This document shows, in pieces, positions 12,651-26,068 of a DNA stretch of 64,000 bases (positions are counted from its first letter, which is position 1; the number at the start of each line of letters is the position of its first letter). This DNA comes from Malacoraja senta (lineage: Eukaryota), in assembly GCA_038087875.1 (NCBI GenBank), contig CM075984.1:15190001-15254000 (forward strand), in the 5' to 3' direction. A model generated the notes under the pieces. That model saw only the letters and a program-made list of their open reading frames with translations. It searched no databases and was not told where the DNA came from. A program made the translations under genes and the position numbers.

Positions 12651-13183
12651 TCAATTTGTGGAAAAGATAGAAAGAACAAACCAAATGATAAGGTGGAGAC
12701 GAAAAGGGACTAAATACCCGATGTAATGGTGATGCTGATTGAGATACGGTTAGTCTGCTAACTCATTAGTTAACTCTGTTAGTCTCAGCTCATCTGTCTG
12801 GAGGAGATGGGAAATGAAGGAGAGAAGAAAAATATATATTTTTTAAATGCTGGAACTGAGATACAAAACATTTATGAAATAAAATACTGCACATGGTGGA
12901 AATCCAATATAAAAATGGAATACTGGAAATGAACAGCAGATCGGACAGCATCTGAATATAGAGAAAGAAACAGCTTATGTTTCAAGATGATGGTTTTCAT
13001 CAGAACTAGTTAGTTAGTTATCTGGAATTGTTGAGGCAGAATTGTTCTGAAAGCAATAATATGCTAAATTGGAAGAGGCAAGTTAGAGAGATCGGAGTGG
13101 GAGTTGGGTGGAGGATTAAAGTGAAAGGCAACTAGAAATGTTTAATGAGTGGAGGTGTTGCACGAAGCAGTCAGCTAATCTGT

Positions 13184-13402
13184 GAACACAAGCAACTGCA
13201 GATGCAGAATTACAAAAAAAAACAAAAAGGGCTGGAGTAACACAGCGGGTCAGGCAGCATTTCTGGAGAATATGGATAGGCGACGTTTCGGGTCAGGACC
13301 CTTCTTCAGACCCTTCTTCAGATAGGAACACGATGTCAAACGTTGCCTAACCATGTTCTCCAGAGATGTGCTGAGTTCCTCCAGCACTTTGTGTCTTTTT
13401 TT
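13184..13402. mobile_element. Palindromic Penelope hammerhead mini-element
   Basis: Head-to-head tails; 13-bp TSD tcagctaatctgt (13171-13183, 13403-13415). Confidence 0.85.
13277..13313 (-). ncRNA. Minimal hammerhead ribozyme motif
   Basis: Minus strand gggt-CTGAAGA-agggtcctgaccc-GAAA-cg-TC-gcct. Confidence 0.7.
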
Positions 13403-15303
13403 TCAGCTAATCTGTTTTAGTTTTCCCAGGGTAGATGAGGTCACCTCATGAGCACTGAATGCAAGATGAGGAAATGGCATTGGGTTACTGGGTGATGAGA
13501 CCAGAAGAGGGGAAACAAGTGGGATTTGCGTCTATATCTGAAGGTGTGGCGAAAAGGAGAGCGCATTTAGTGGAGGTGGAAAAGGGAACCAGAGTGTTGT
13601 AGAAGAAACAGTCCCCACTGAATGTCGAAAGGCAAGGGGAGGTTGTGCCTGTTGATGGCATCACATTGAAGGTGCCAGAAATTATAGAGGGTGGTTCGGG
13701 GAGAACAAGGGTAACTCTATGTGTAGGAAGGATGCGGGTTTAAACCGAAGATAGACACAAAATGCTGGAGTAACTCAACGGGACAGGCAGCATCTCTGGA
13801 GAGAAGGAATGGATGACCTTTCGGGTCGAGACCCTTCCTCTATACTTGTTCTGGCTGGGAGTGGAGCAGCTGAGAACAGAAATGTAGGAAATGAGACAGA
13901 TGTGGTTGTGAGCACGGCCAACTGTGTTGGAAGGGAAAGCAGAGTTAAGAAATACATCTCGAAAGGTGTCACCAAAGAAACTGGAGGAAAGGAATGGACT
14001 ATCCTGACAGGAAGAACGGAGGGAATGTTAGGAAGTAGGGGGCCGGGGGGGTGGGGGGGGGGGGAGAGGAAGAGGTAGTCAAGGAACCATGGAAACCATG
14101 AACTTGGAATGGATACTGATCACTGACCTCAGTGTATTTTGACTTTGCTGTACTAACTTCAGTACTAACTTCGGTACAAGAAAAATATTAGTGTTTATAA
14201 AAAAGTAGACTAAACGTGCTAAAAGTGCAGAGCAGGCCAGTATCGGTAGAGTAGAGATGGATTTGTATTTCGGCTAGCATCTTTCATCACAGCCACGCTG
14301 GAAATATTCCATCTAATGCACTAGACAAACTTTCTCTGCAATTCCCGACTGGGTTGTTTGGCTGCCTTTGTTTTCTGCATAAGCATCAATTCACGTCTCT
14401 GAAGAAGCCATAATTCCACTGCTCAGTCTATCTCTTGTATCTCTCATACTTTCAGAAACTACAGCCAGCATGAGCGTCCAAAGAATGTATAATATCTGCA
14501 AGACATTTTGGGAGCAGAGACTGTTCGATAGTCGCCAGCTGTTAAGGAGAATTATTATTTTGCAACACTCTTCCCAGTTCAGGTCACATTTCAGCTCATG
14601 CCCGAGAGCTAAAAGAACAGTGGTGCAATAGATTGCATAACCATTTCCCTCAAGGATTTCAAAATGAGTATTGACCCGTTTGGAATAGAAAGTAGTCAGT
14701 CTTCTCTCTCTGGTTGTAAACTTCACATCTTGCTGAACTGTGAAAGAACTGTCTGTTTTAGTTTAATTTTTTTTTAAACTTTTGATCAAATCATTCATTT
14801 AAATAAAGGATCTCAGATGTGCCGTAATAGACACCCACGGGACAGGATTACCCAGCACACAAAAGTGACTTTTTCCACTTCCCACAGCAAGCATCGTCCT
14901 GAGCCCTGAGAGAAGCTGGCATTTTGATGCCAAATCACCCTCAATGATGCTCATTATGTTGTGTGGATTCATGCCTACTTGGAGCAGAATGCAGGCAGTG
15001 CAAACACATTTTGAGTTAAATCTTTATAGCTGGCATTGAAAGGAAAGGGTTTTTTTTCCATCCGTTCAGCTGAACAAGTGCCAGCGTTGAAAAGATACGT
15101 CACTAACCGATTCTCAATCACCTCAATGCAATCCACCAATATAAACGTGCAAAATGAAAATAATTTTGCAGATCAATAGTGTTGTGGAATCAAGCTGCTA
15201 TTTGCTTGTGCTTCCTTCAATCAAGTGCAATGCTCTCAGTGTTCACATTGTGGACTCCTCTACAGCGGAGAAACTAAATACAAATGGGATAACTACTTTG
15301 CAC

Positions 15304-15510
15304 GCACCTGCGTTCAGTCCGCAGGGGCCACTTGAGCTTCCTGTTTCCTGCCACTTGAACTCTACATCCACTCCCACTCCGACCAATCGGCCTGTGGTCT
15401 CCAGCATTGTTACGATGAGGCCCATTGCAAGCTTGAGGAACTGAAACTCATCATCCATCTGGGCACATTGCAGCCTTCCGGACCAAATATAGAACTCCGC
15501 AATTTTACAG
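15304..15510 (+). mobile_element. Penelope GIY-YIG C-terminal fragment
   Basis: HLRSVR...LPVSCHLNS...CGLQHCYDEAHCKLEELKLIIHLGTLQPSGPNIE, across frameshifts. Confidence 0.7.
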
Positions 15511-16324
15511 AACTCTCAATTCAATGGTACTTTATCATCATGTGTACAGTGGATTTTTTTTTTGCATACAGTTCATTGATAATCCTATTAAACATTAGGC
15601 ACAATCATACTAAGTGTAAGAGTGTAAGATAGTAGACCACATTGAGTCATTAATCAAGAGTCGCCTTGTTTTAGATGCCATCTTGTACCCTTCAAGTCCA
15701 ACTTTTTTTTAAATGTTTGTGTCTTACAAAACTTGGCGCTGAAGGATGGTGGTGCATTGGGTCAGTGTTGCAGGGGTCAGTCTGGCTAGAGGATGTGTTG
15801 GTGTCCTCTGTGCCACTGCAGGCCACGGCCGTTGTATGCACTCGGCCGCTAGGAGCTGCGCCCGATCTAACGGAGCCCCAGGCTGCTTCATGACCTCCTG
15901 AATCCCAGTCCGCAAACTTGACCTCTCAACAAGTCCTCCTCAACATCGGCCTGTGAGCGAGCCGCCCTTCGTCTCCCTCCATCGCTCAGCCACCCACAGC
16001 CAACCCAGAGCATCTCCTTGGGCACGGGAGGTAATCCCCCTGCCCACTCTCTAGCATCGCTCTGTTCCTCCACACGCCACCGCCAGTCATCCATCTATGG
16101 CCATGGTCAAGAGTCAAGAGTGTTTAATTGTCATACGTATGTACCGACGATGCAACAATGAAATCCTTACTTGTAGCAGCTTAACAGGCCCGTAAATGCA
16201 ACACATGGATATCTTTAATAACCAGAAGTTTCAATAAATTTGTAACTGTAATACTAGTGCTAACAAAAGAATGAAGTCCATCGTGCAACTAAAATTGCAG
16301 GCCATAGAAGACCATGTTGGCTCA

Positions 16325-16526
16325 AAAAAGGACACAAGGTGCTAGAGTAACTCAGTGGGTCAACAGCATCTCTGGAGAGCATGGATAGGTGACGTTTTGG
16401 GTCGGGACCCTTCTTCAGTATGAATGAGCACCCAACCCAAAATGTCCCATATCAGCTTGACCCACTGAGTTACTCCAGCAGTTTTACCTTTTTTTGTAAA
16501 CCAGCATCTGCAGTTCCTTGCATCCC
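16325..16526. mobile_element. Palindromic Penelope hammerhead mini-element
   Basis: Head-to-head tails; 13-bp TSD ccatgttggctca / ccatattggctca. Confidence 0.8.
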
Positions 16527-16816
16527 CCATATTGGCTCAGCCTCTCTGGGTTTTTATTTCCTTTTTTCTCTCTCTCTGGCAATGGAGGATGCACCCAGTC
16601 TACCCTGTCAGCACGTCTTCCAGCTCTGCAGTTCACAACTCTCACATTTGTTTGTCTGTGTTCTCATTCTCTTAATTGCTCCCACACGCACAATGACCAG
16701 ATCACCTTGTTTGCAGCCTATCACCATGCACAGCCAGGATTGACCCTGTCAGAGACATCCCCCGTTAACCACCCTCCCACCAACTTAATGAGCTCCTTTC
16801 GTCTCCTTCCAAGTTC

Positions 16817-17139
16817 TTAGTTTAGAGTTTAGAGACACAACATGGAAACAGGCTCTTCAGCGCACCGAGTCCATGCCAACTATCGATCACCCATTCACAC
16901 AAGTTCTATGTTATCCCAATTTCTCATCCAGTCTCTACAACATACTAGGGGCAATTTACAGAAGCGAATGAACCTACTAACCTGCATGTCTTTGGGATGT
17001 GGGAGGAAGCCGGAGCACCCAGTGGAAACTCACACTGTCACAGGGAGAACATGCAAATCCACGCAGATAGCATCTGAGGTCAGGATTGAACCCGGGTCTC
17101 TGGCGCTTTGAGGCAGCAGCTCTATCAGCTACACCGCCC
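16817..17139 (-). mobile_element. V-SINE (HE1-like)
   Basis: Same consensus. Confidence 0.82.
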
Positions 17140-17164
17140 TATTTTAAAACACCACCACCCTTTA

Positions 17165-18590
17165 AACATAGAAATATAGAAAAATAGGTGCAGGAGTAGG
17201 CCATTCGGCCATTCAGCCCTTCGAACCAGAACCGTCATTTAATATGGCTGATCATCTAAAATCAGTACCCCGTTCCTGCTTTTTTCCCATATCCCTTGAT
17301 TCCTTTAGCACTAAGAGCTAGATCTAACTCTCTTGAAAACATCCAGTGAATTGGCTTCCACTGCTTTCTGTGGCAGAGAATTCCACAGATTCACAACTCT
17401 CTGGGTGAAGACGTTTTTCCTCATCTCAGTCCTAAATGGCCTGCCCCTTATTCTTAAACTGTGACCCCTGGTTCCCAACATCGGGAACATTTTTCCTGCA
17501 TCTAGCCTGTCCAATCCATAAGAATTTTATTTGTTTCTATAAGAAACCCTCTCATCCTTCTAAATTCCAGTGAATACAAGCCCAGTCGACCCATTCTTTC
17601 ATCATATGTTAGACCCGCCATCCCGGTGAATCTACACTGCACTTCCTCAAATTAGGATATCAAAATTGCACACAATACTCCAGGTGCGGTCTCACCAGGG
17701 CCCTGTACAACTGCAGTAGCACCTCCTTGCTCCTAAACTCAAATCCTCTCGCAATAAAGGCCAACATGCCATTCGCTTTCTTCACTGCCTGCTGTACCTG
17801 CATGCTTACTTTCAGTGACTGATGTACAAGCACACGCAGGTCTTGTTGCACCTCCCCTTTTCCTCATCGGACACCATTCAGATAATAAACTGCCTTCCTG
17901 TTCTTGACACCAAAGTGGATAACCTCATATTTATTCACATTATACTGCATCTGCCATGCATCTGCCCACTCGCCCAACCTATCAAAGTCACCCTGCATCC
18001 TCATCGCAGCTCACACTGCCACCCAGCTTTGTATCATCCGTAAACTTGGAGATGTCACGTTTAATTCCCTCGTCCAAATCATGAATATATATTGTAAAAT
18101 AACTGGGGTCCCAGCACCGAGCCTTGCACTAGTCACTGCCTGCTATTCTGAAAAGGACCCATTAATTCCTACTCTTTGCTTCCAGTCTGCCAACCAGTTC
18201 TCTATCCATGTCAATACCCTACCCCCAATACCATGTGCTCTAATTTTGCACACTAATCTCAAAGGCTTGTCAAAGGCTTTTTGAAAGTCCAGACACACCA
18301 CTGGCTCTCCCTTATCCATTCTACTTGTTACATCCTCAAAAAATTCCAAAAGATTAGTCGAGCATGATTTGCCCCTCATAAATCCATGCTGATTGACTGA
18401 TCCTGACACTGCTTTTCAAATGCGCTGCTTTAACAATCGATTCAAACATCTTCCCCACTACTGATGTATGGCTAACTGGTCTATAATTCCCCGTTTTTCT
18501 CTCCCTCCTTTCTTAAAAAGTTGGGTTACATTGGCTATCCTCCAGTCCACAGGAACCGATCCAGTGTCGAGAGAACATTGGAAAATGAAC
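17165..18590 (-). mobile_element. CR1 LINE 3' fragment
   Basis: QHGFMRGKSC.TNLLEFFE, LDFQKAFDK, RPHLEYCVQF, LWNSLP; (aaacatag)n tail. Confidence 0.92.
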
Positions 18591-18610
18591 AAATTGGAAA
18601 TTTGCTTCCT

Positions 18611-19515
18611 ACAATAAACAATAAACAATAGACAACAGGTGCAAGAGTAGGCCAATCGGCCCTTTGAGCCAGCACCGCCATTCAATGTGATCATGGCTGG
18701 TCATCCACAAACAGTACCCCGTTCCTGCTTCTTCCCATATCCCTTGCATCAGCCCACTCACCCAAGCCTGTCCAAGTCACCCTGCATCTTCATAGCATCC
18801 TCCTCACAGTTCACACTGCCACCCAGCTTTGTGTCATCTGCAAATTTGCTAATGTTACTTTGAATCCCTTCATCTGAATCATTGATGTATATTGTAAATA
18901 GCTGCGGTCCCAGCACCGAGCCTTGCAGAACCCCACTAGTCACTGCCTGCTATTCTGAAAGGGACCCGTTAAACCCTACTCTTTGTTTCCTGTCTGCCAA
19001 CAATTTTCTATCCGTCAACACCCTACCCCCAATACCATGTGCTCTAATTTTGCCCACTAATCTCCTATGTGGGACCTTATCAAATGATTTTTGAAAGTCC
19101 AGGTACACTACATCCACTGGCTCTCCCTTGTCCATTTTCTTAGTTACATCCTCAAAAAATTCAAGAAGATTAGGCAAGCATGATTTCCCCTTCGTAAATC
19201 CATGCTGACTTGGACCGATCCTGCTACTGCTATCCAAATGTGTCGTTATTTCATCTTTTATAATTGACTCCAGCATCTTCCCCACCACCGATGTCAGGCT
19301 CACTGGTCTATAATTCTCTGTTTTCTCTCTCCCGCCTTTCTTAAAAAGTGGGATTACTTTAGCTACCCTCCAATCCACAGGAACTGATCCTGAATCTATA
19401 GAACATTGGAAAATGATCACCAATGCGTCCACGCTTTCTAGAGCCACTTGCTTACGTACCCTGGGATGCAGACCATCAGGCCCTGCGGATTTATCAGTCT
19501 TCAGCCCCATCAGTC
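18611..19515 (-). mobile_element. Second CR1 LINE fragment with an internal deletion
   Basis: KSAGPDGLHPRV...NYRPVSLTSVVGKMLE...[26 protein letters not shown]; (acaatag)n tail. Confidence 0.92.
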
Positions 19516-20419
19516 TACCATGAAACCAATTCTGAATCCAGTTGCTTGATTGAAAAATTGGAAAGGTACGGCATGGAAACAGACCCACCGAGTCCATGCC
19601 AACCATCAATCACCCGTTCACTGTAGTTCTATGTTATCCTACTCTCCCATTCATCATCCACTCCCTACACACCTAGGGGCAATTTACAAGGGCCAATTAA
19701 ACTACAAACCCCCACGTTTCCGCCACCCATTCTAGGAAAGGGTTAACACATTTTCTTTCCCACAGATGTGGCCTGACCTGCTGTGTATTTACAGCATTTA
19801 TTATAAATAGACAACATTGCCCACCTTTTTCCCTTTAGATGTACAGATTAACGATTTGATCCATGGACAGTGTAAGTTCAGCCTGGTTTAGTTATTTATA
19901 TCAATGCGATCTGTATTTAACCCTTGCACTCAAAGATGCAACATAAATTTGAATCGATCTCCAAGTACTAGTTTAGTCTTAAATCAGGTCTATATCTAAC
20001 AAGACTAACTTGAGCCATTAAATTAAAGAGAAGCAGCTGGATTTTCTCAAGGGTGGATTCACACCAAGGGCATGACTTTCGCTCCAAATCCTTTATTAAT
20101 ATGATGCAATTTCATCTTTGTTCTGACTTCCTCATACAGGATGAGATGCCAACAGGATTTTCAACACATACAGGGAGCCCAATACTGCAAATATGCCAAA
20201 GTTGACCCATTTCAGCAGGGACCTAACTAACAATGCCAGTTAAAGCAGGAAGGTAGCTTAAAGTAGTCAGAAATATCCACAGCTTCAATGCTGAGTTGTG
20301 CGCCTTCCACAAAGAGATACATGGGCTAATTTCATGCACAGGTATTTCAGTTGGTACCTGAAACTAAAAGTGCTAATGCTGCATACTTCCCACCATGCAG
20401 TATGTCCACCACCATTTTT

Positions 20420-20721
20420 TAGTTTAGTTTAGTTTAGAGAAACAGTAGGGAAACAGGCCCTTTGTTCCATTGAGACCACAGCGACCAGCAATCACCCCAT
20501 ACACTGGTGCTATCCTACACACTAGGGATAATTTACAATATTTACCGAAGCCAATCAACCTACAAACCTATACATCTTTGGAGTAGGGGTCGAAACCGAG
20601 CACCCGGAGAAAACCCACACGGCCACGGGAGAACGTACAAACTCCGTACAGACAGCACCCGAAGTCACGATCGAACCCAGGTCTCTGGTGCTGTAAGGCA
20701 ACCACTCTACCGTGCCGCCCC
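20420..20721 (-). mobile_element. V-SINE (HE1-like)
   Basis: Same consensus. Confidence 0.85.
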
Positions 20722-21476
20722 ATGCACCTGCCGTGATCATCAGAATATCTGAGCAGTCCGGGCATTCAACTGATCAAGCGACACAACTATTCCAATCTTT
20801 GGTAGGGATCCCACAGAAATGTTGACAGGAATGCTCAGGGCTGTTGTTCAATAAAGAAAGAAGAGTCAGGAGTGTTTTATTGTCATAAGTCCCAGATAGA
20901 ACAATGAAACACTTACTTGCAGCAGCACAACAGAATATGTAAACAAGTAATAAAGGAGGATATTTAAATGTGGCTAAAAAAGCTTCATTATCAGTATATA
21001 ACTCTAGTATAACTCTACTGCTGCGCCATTGTTCCGCCCTTAAACACTCAAAGAATGCAGATCGTGGACAGTGGGAGCTGATAGGCATGGAATATCTATG
21101 AAACATACTTCCAGTAGATCTTGATTGCTGGTTGTGCTAACTTTTCAAAGAGTCAGTGTGTGTGATTAAGCAACCAGCTGTTTGTTTTCACATTCCGCTA
21201 ACAAACTTAAAATGGCCACAAGGCAAGAATTACCTGACTAGAACATACAAATCAGTTCATATCTCACAAACAAGTATTTTGCCGTTAATCCATTTTATTA
21301 CCGAGGAAAAAATATATAGTATGGCAGTAGATGAAGTTTTATGCCCCTTAAATTTCTTTACATAACACAGATATCCATTCATCCTGTTATTTTCCATGCT
21401 TTTGCACGTATGTTTTTTCTCAAAGATCTATGGAAACTGCCAGTAAGATTTGTTACAGGTCATTAATTAGACCTGA

Positions 21477-21905
21477 AAAAAAAAGACACAAAATGCTGGA
21501 GTAACTCAGCGGGTCAGGCAGCATCTCTGGAGAACATGGATAGGTGATGTTTCATGTCGGGACTGGTGGGGGGGGGGGGTTGGATGCTGGAAGAGAGGTG
21601 GGTTAGGATAAAGCCTGGCAAAGGATGCAGATGAGGGGGGGGGGGAGGTTGAAGGGTAGATGGTTTGACAAAGGCAAGGGATGAAAGGACATACGGTGTG
21701 AGGCAAACGGATTAAAGAGTTGTGAATTGTGTAGCTGGAGGAAGGGGAAGGGGAGAACGAGGTGCTTGTTCAGGTGGGGCACAGGGGGGAGAGGTGCAGA
21801 AAAAGGATGGGTAAGAAGGAAGGGGGAGGGTTGTATCACTAAAATTGGAGAATTCAATGCTCATATCTTTGGGTTGTAAGCTACCCAAGCAGGATATGAG
21901 GCCTG
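21477..21905 (-). mobile_element. Penelope-like element 3' fragment
   Basis: LISCLGSLQPKDMSIEFSNFS, a pyrimidine-rich UTR, a partly deleted hammerhead and the conserved tail. Confidence 0.75.
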
Positions 21906-22381
21906 ATTCACCATATTTTTTCAAGCCAACTATGTTAAATAAGACCAGGTAAATAATACTCCTTTCTTAAAACAAAATTATTTCAGAGATCATCAAAATA
22001 AATTGATTAGTCATAGAATTATACAGCATGAAAACAGGCTCTTTGGTCCAACTTGTCCACGATGACCAAGATGTCCCATATAAGTAGTCAATATCCCTCT
22101 AAATCTTTCCTATCCCTGTACCTGTCTAAGTGTCTTTTAAATGCTGCCATGGTACCTGCCTCATCCACCCCCTTCGGCCAGCTTGTTCCAAATACCAACT
22201 GCCCCCTGAATAATTGGAAAGAAATTGGACATACAGTTGAGAGTGATGGTTACTTAACCTGGTCCACAAATCAATAATAGATTTCAATGCACTGGAATAT
22301 TGTTTCACAGCCCTTTTCTCTTAGCAAGGATGATCTGTAAGACTTTTATAAATTTTTCTTTTTAGTTTACAAAGAACTATA

Positions 22382-22691
22382 GGGGCAGCACGGTAGTGCA
22401 GCGGTAAAGTTGCTGCCTTACAGAGCCAGAGACCTGGGTACGATCCTAAATATGGGTGCAGTCTGTACCGAGTTCTCCCTGTGACTGTGTGGGTTTTTCT
22501 CCAGGTGCTCTGGTTTCCTCCCACACTCCAAAGACATACAGGGATGTAGGTTCGGTGGTATTGGTAAAAATTGTAAATTATCCCTAGTGGTAGGAAAGTG
22601 CTAGTGTATGGGGGCCATTGCTGGTCGGCGCGGACTTGGTGGGCCAAAGGGCCTGTTTGCATGCTGTATCTCTAAAACCTAAAGTCTAAAA
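22382..22691 (+). mobile_element. V-SINE (HE1-like)
   Basis: ggggcagcacggtagtgcagcggta... through tctctaaa. Confidence 0.85.
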
Positions 22692-24330
22692 CTTGTAACA
22701 AAAACAATCCACTCCACCCAACGGCTCCATGCCAGAGTTTCTATTCTGCATAAGCTTCCTCCATCTCAATTTGTCAAGAGTACTAATGAATCACAGAAAC
22801 GTAGTGCTTGTGAGACCATTCACCCCATTGTGCCCACGCTGGCCAAAATAGAATAATCCCACTTCTAAATTCTTGACTTCTATCTTTCTAGATTATTGCT
22901 TGTCACAAATGAAATTCTCCCCAGTTGCATGCACTAAATGCAAAATATTGTAGCAGTGAAAATTGTCTGCTGAAATGTTCATAAATTCTAGGAGCAGAAT
23001 TAGGCGATTCAGCCCATCAAGTCCACTCTGCCATTCAATAATCATGGCTGATCTATCTTTCCCTGTCAACCCATTAATGTTCCATTAACATCTGTCGGTT
23101 TCAAACAATGAACACTTTCTGTGTTCAATCAAATGCTTAGAAATAGATTGAGTTTGGGACACCATCATCCTTTCATGTAATGAGTTTCAAATTCCCACCG
23201 TCATTTAGTTAAAAGACATTTCTCCTCTAAACTTTCAAATTTAAATCCCTGTCCACTATCTACTGACCTTTCTGTTAGGAGAAATTGACGTGTTATGTTC
23301 AAGCTATCTACGCCTCTTATATAATTGTTACACCTCAATTAAATCTCCATCTGTTCTTCGTAGTTTCAAGGAGAAGCTTTCTTGTAACAGATCGGGCAAC
23401 ATTGTCATAAATTTAGATGCAAAGCGTGGAGTAACTCAGGGGGTCAGGCAACATCTCTGGAGAACATGTCATAAATCTCCTCTGTGTTCTCATTAATGAT
23501 GTCACATCCTAGTGTGATGCCTGTGGTGATGTTCTCTAGTGCAGAGACTAGACTAAACACCAATCTCCAGCTGTGGTTTGACCCATGCGATGCACTGTCC
23601 TGCTGTTCTTGAATTCCATACAAGACAGGGAATATTGCTTGATTTCTCTTGCCACAATTTCACAAGTTCTGCACTATATATACAGTATATACATGGTATA
23701 GATTTAGTATATTTATATATATATGACTTGGACAAAAATGAAGATGGGTTGGTCAGTAAATTTGCAGATGACACAAATGTTGATGTTACAGACAGTGAGG
23801 ACGGCTGTCAAAGGATACAGCAATAGATCATATAGATCAATTACGCATGTGGATGGAGAAATGGCAGTGAGCTTCTTGTAAATGGACAACCTAATTCTCG
23901 GTCTCCACTTTGAACTTCCTTGACGAGGGATTCCCATGTTGGAGATTCTGGCCTGGGAGAGGTTAGTGATTCATTTATGCTGCCAGTGGAATTGAAGGAT
24001 TTAGTAGAAAAAAACCTTTGGAGTACTTCTCCAGTGTTTTGCAGTGCCTCCTGAAAGTAGTTCATGAGTTTACAGGACAGCAGGTATCTCTGGTGTCCAG
24101 CAGACCAAGAGCTTTGAGCCAGATTGGAGGTTTTGATCATCAAATGCACTTTTTCTCAGGCAGACACAGACTTGCTAGTGAACTGAAGGTAAGGTTGAAT
24201 TTCATCTCTGAGAGGTGACTCCCACATCATAAAAGTGGTTCAGGTTATGCAGGTTAATGTTCTGGGCCCATTACTATCAATGCTGGTGTTTTATGGTGAA
24301 GGACATTTGGTAGAATGCTGATTTATGCTG

Positions 24331-24480
24331 GAGATAGACACAAAATGCTGGAGTAACTCTGCGGGTCAGGCAGCATCTCTGGAGAAAAAGAATAGGCGAG
24401 GTTTCGGGGTCAAAACCTTTTTCCTTTATTTTTCTCCAGAAATGCTGCCTGGAATTACTCTAGCATTTTGTGTCTATCTC
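24331..24480. mobile_element. Palindromic Penelope tail pair
   Basis: gagatagacacaaaatgct...tctggagaaaaa / tttttctccaga...agcattttgtgtctatctc. Confidence 0.75.
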
Positions 24481-24500
24481 TGTCTAAATTGTTTTGCTAA

Positions 24501-24790
24501 TTTAGTTTAGTTTAGTTTAGAGATACTTCATGGAAACAGGTCCTTTGGCCCTGTTTGCCGACTTGCCACACTAGGTCTATCCTTACCGTGTGGACAATTT
24601 ACAGAAACCAATTAGCCTACAAACCTGCACGTCTTTGGAGTGTGGGAGGAAACTGGAGCACCCGGAGAAAACCCACATGGTCACAGGGAGAACGTACAAA
24701 CTCTGTACAGACAGCCCCTGTAGTCAGGATCTACCCCAGGTATCTGGCGCTGTAAGGCAGTAATTCTACCACTGCGCCATTGCGTCACCC
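24501..24790 (-). mobile_element. V-SINE (HE1-like)
   Basis: Same consensus. Confidence 0.83.
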
Positions 24791-25596
24791 AATGTTAATT
24801 AAAAGGCCATTTGCAGTTAACAGGTTGATGACGTCTTGAGGTTCAAAGTAAGATGTAGAAATAAGGAACTGCAGACACTGGTTTACCAAGGAAAAGCACA
24901 AAATGCTGGAGTAAGCGGGTTAGAACATGGATAGGTGACGTTTCGGGTTGGGACCCTCCTTCAAGGTAACCTTGGTGAAGCAGTGGCAGCAGTGACGTAG
25001 TTTGAATAGTTCCCCATTCTTCTGTCAATTTGTTCCACTCTTAATCACACAGTGAAATTTGCAGTTAAAGATGGTATCAATGGCTCAACCTGTTTTCAGA
25101 CAGTTATGGATAACTAATTCATCAGTCAACCAATGAGGTTGGAAGAATGTCCCGAAAATCTCTGCATGTGTAATTAAACAAAACCGGCCTGTCTTTGGCA
25201 TCAGTGCTTCAAATCAAAAACAGAGGCATTTGTACTTTTCCACTGTTGCTTCAGGAGGCACGAGGAGACGATGCAGACACAGAGCTCAATACAATGGGCT
25301 GTGGACAGGCCTGCCATGTCCTGAGTCCAGTCAAAATATAAAAACAAAGAACTGCAGATGCTGGTTTGTACCAAAAATAGACACAGAGTAACTCAGTGGG
25401 TCAGGCAGCATCTCGAGAGAAAAAGGAATGGGTGTCAAAATACAGAGCAACTTACAACCCAGCAGTATGAACATTGAATTTTAAGTAACTTCATCTACAC
25501 TCACCTCTCCCACCTTGCCCACCCCCACCCCCTCCTCCCAAGTCATTTATCAGGTCAACAGTTCTCCACTTTGTTTCTCTTGAGATCACACCTAGG

Positions 25597-25890
25597 TGAT
25601 TCGAGGACAGAGGACATAGGGTGATGGGGAACAGATTGAATAAGAATCTGAGGGATAACTTTTTCACACAAAGGGTGGTGGGTGTATGGAACAAGCTTGC
25701 CAGAGGAGGTAGTTGAGGCAGGGACTATCCAAACATTTAAGAAACAGTTAGACAGGTACATGGATAGGACAGGTTTGGAGGGACATGGACCAAATGCAAG
25801 CAGATGGGACTAGTGTAGCTGGGACATGTTGGCTGGTGTGGGCAAGTTGGGCCGTGGGCCTGTTTCCCACACTGTGCCACTCTATGATTC
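25597..25890 (+). mobile_element. CR1 3' fragment
   Basis: TRGH...FFTQRVVGVWNKLP and the 3' tail. Confidence 0.8.
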
Positions 25891-26068
25891 TCAATGACCT
25901 TCCCAACCCCACAATGGACCTACCAGATTATGCCCTGCCTGAGGTTATTTGTGGCTGGCCCTGATTGATCCTGATCTTTTCTCGTCTCCAGCTCTTCACT
26001 GTGAATTCATTCAGGTAATGAGTGTAAAGTATTTTGCACTGCACTGACTTACTGTAGTGGTGAGATAC

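Larger units (their letters stand above)
12880..14130 (-). mobile_element. Old, degenerate Penelope-like element fragment with two younger Penelope tails inserted
   Basis: Minus-strand remnants RVTLVLP and CIQCS.GDLIYPGKTK.RLADCFVQHL (GIY-YIG-like). Confidence 0.6.

Noticed and set aside
22382-22460. tRNA genes
   Set aside because: The A/B-box heads continue into SINE bodies and tails; none is a stand-alone tRNA.
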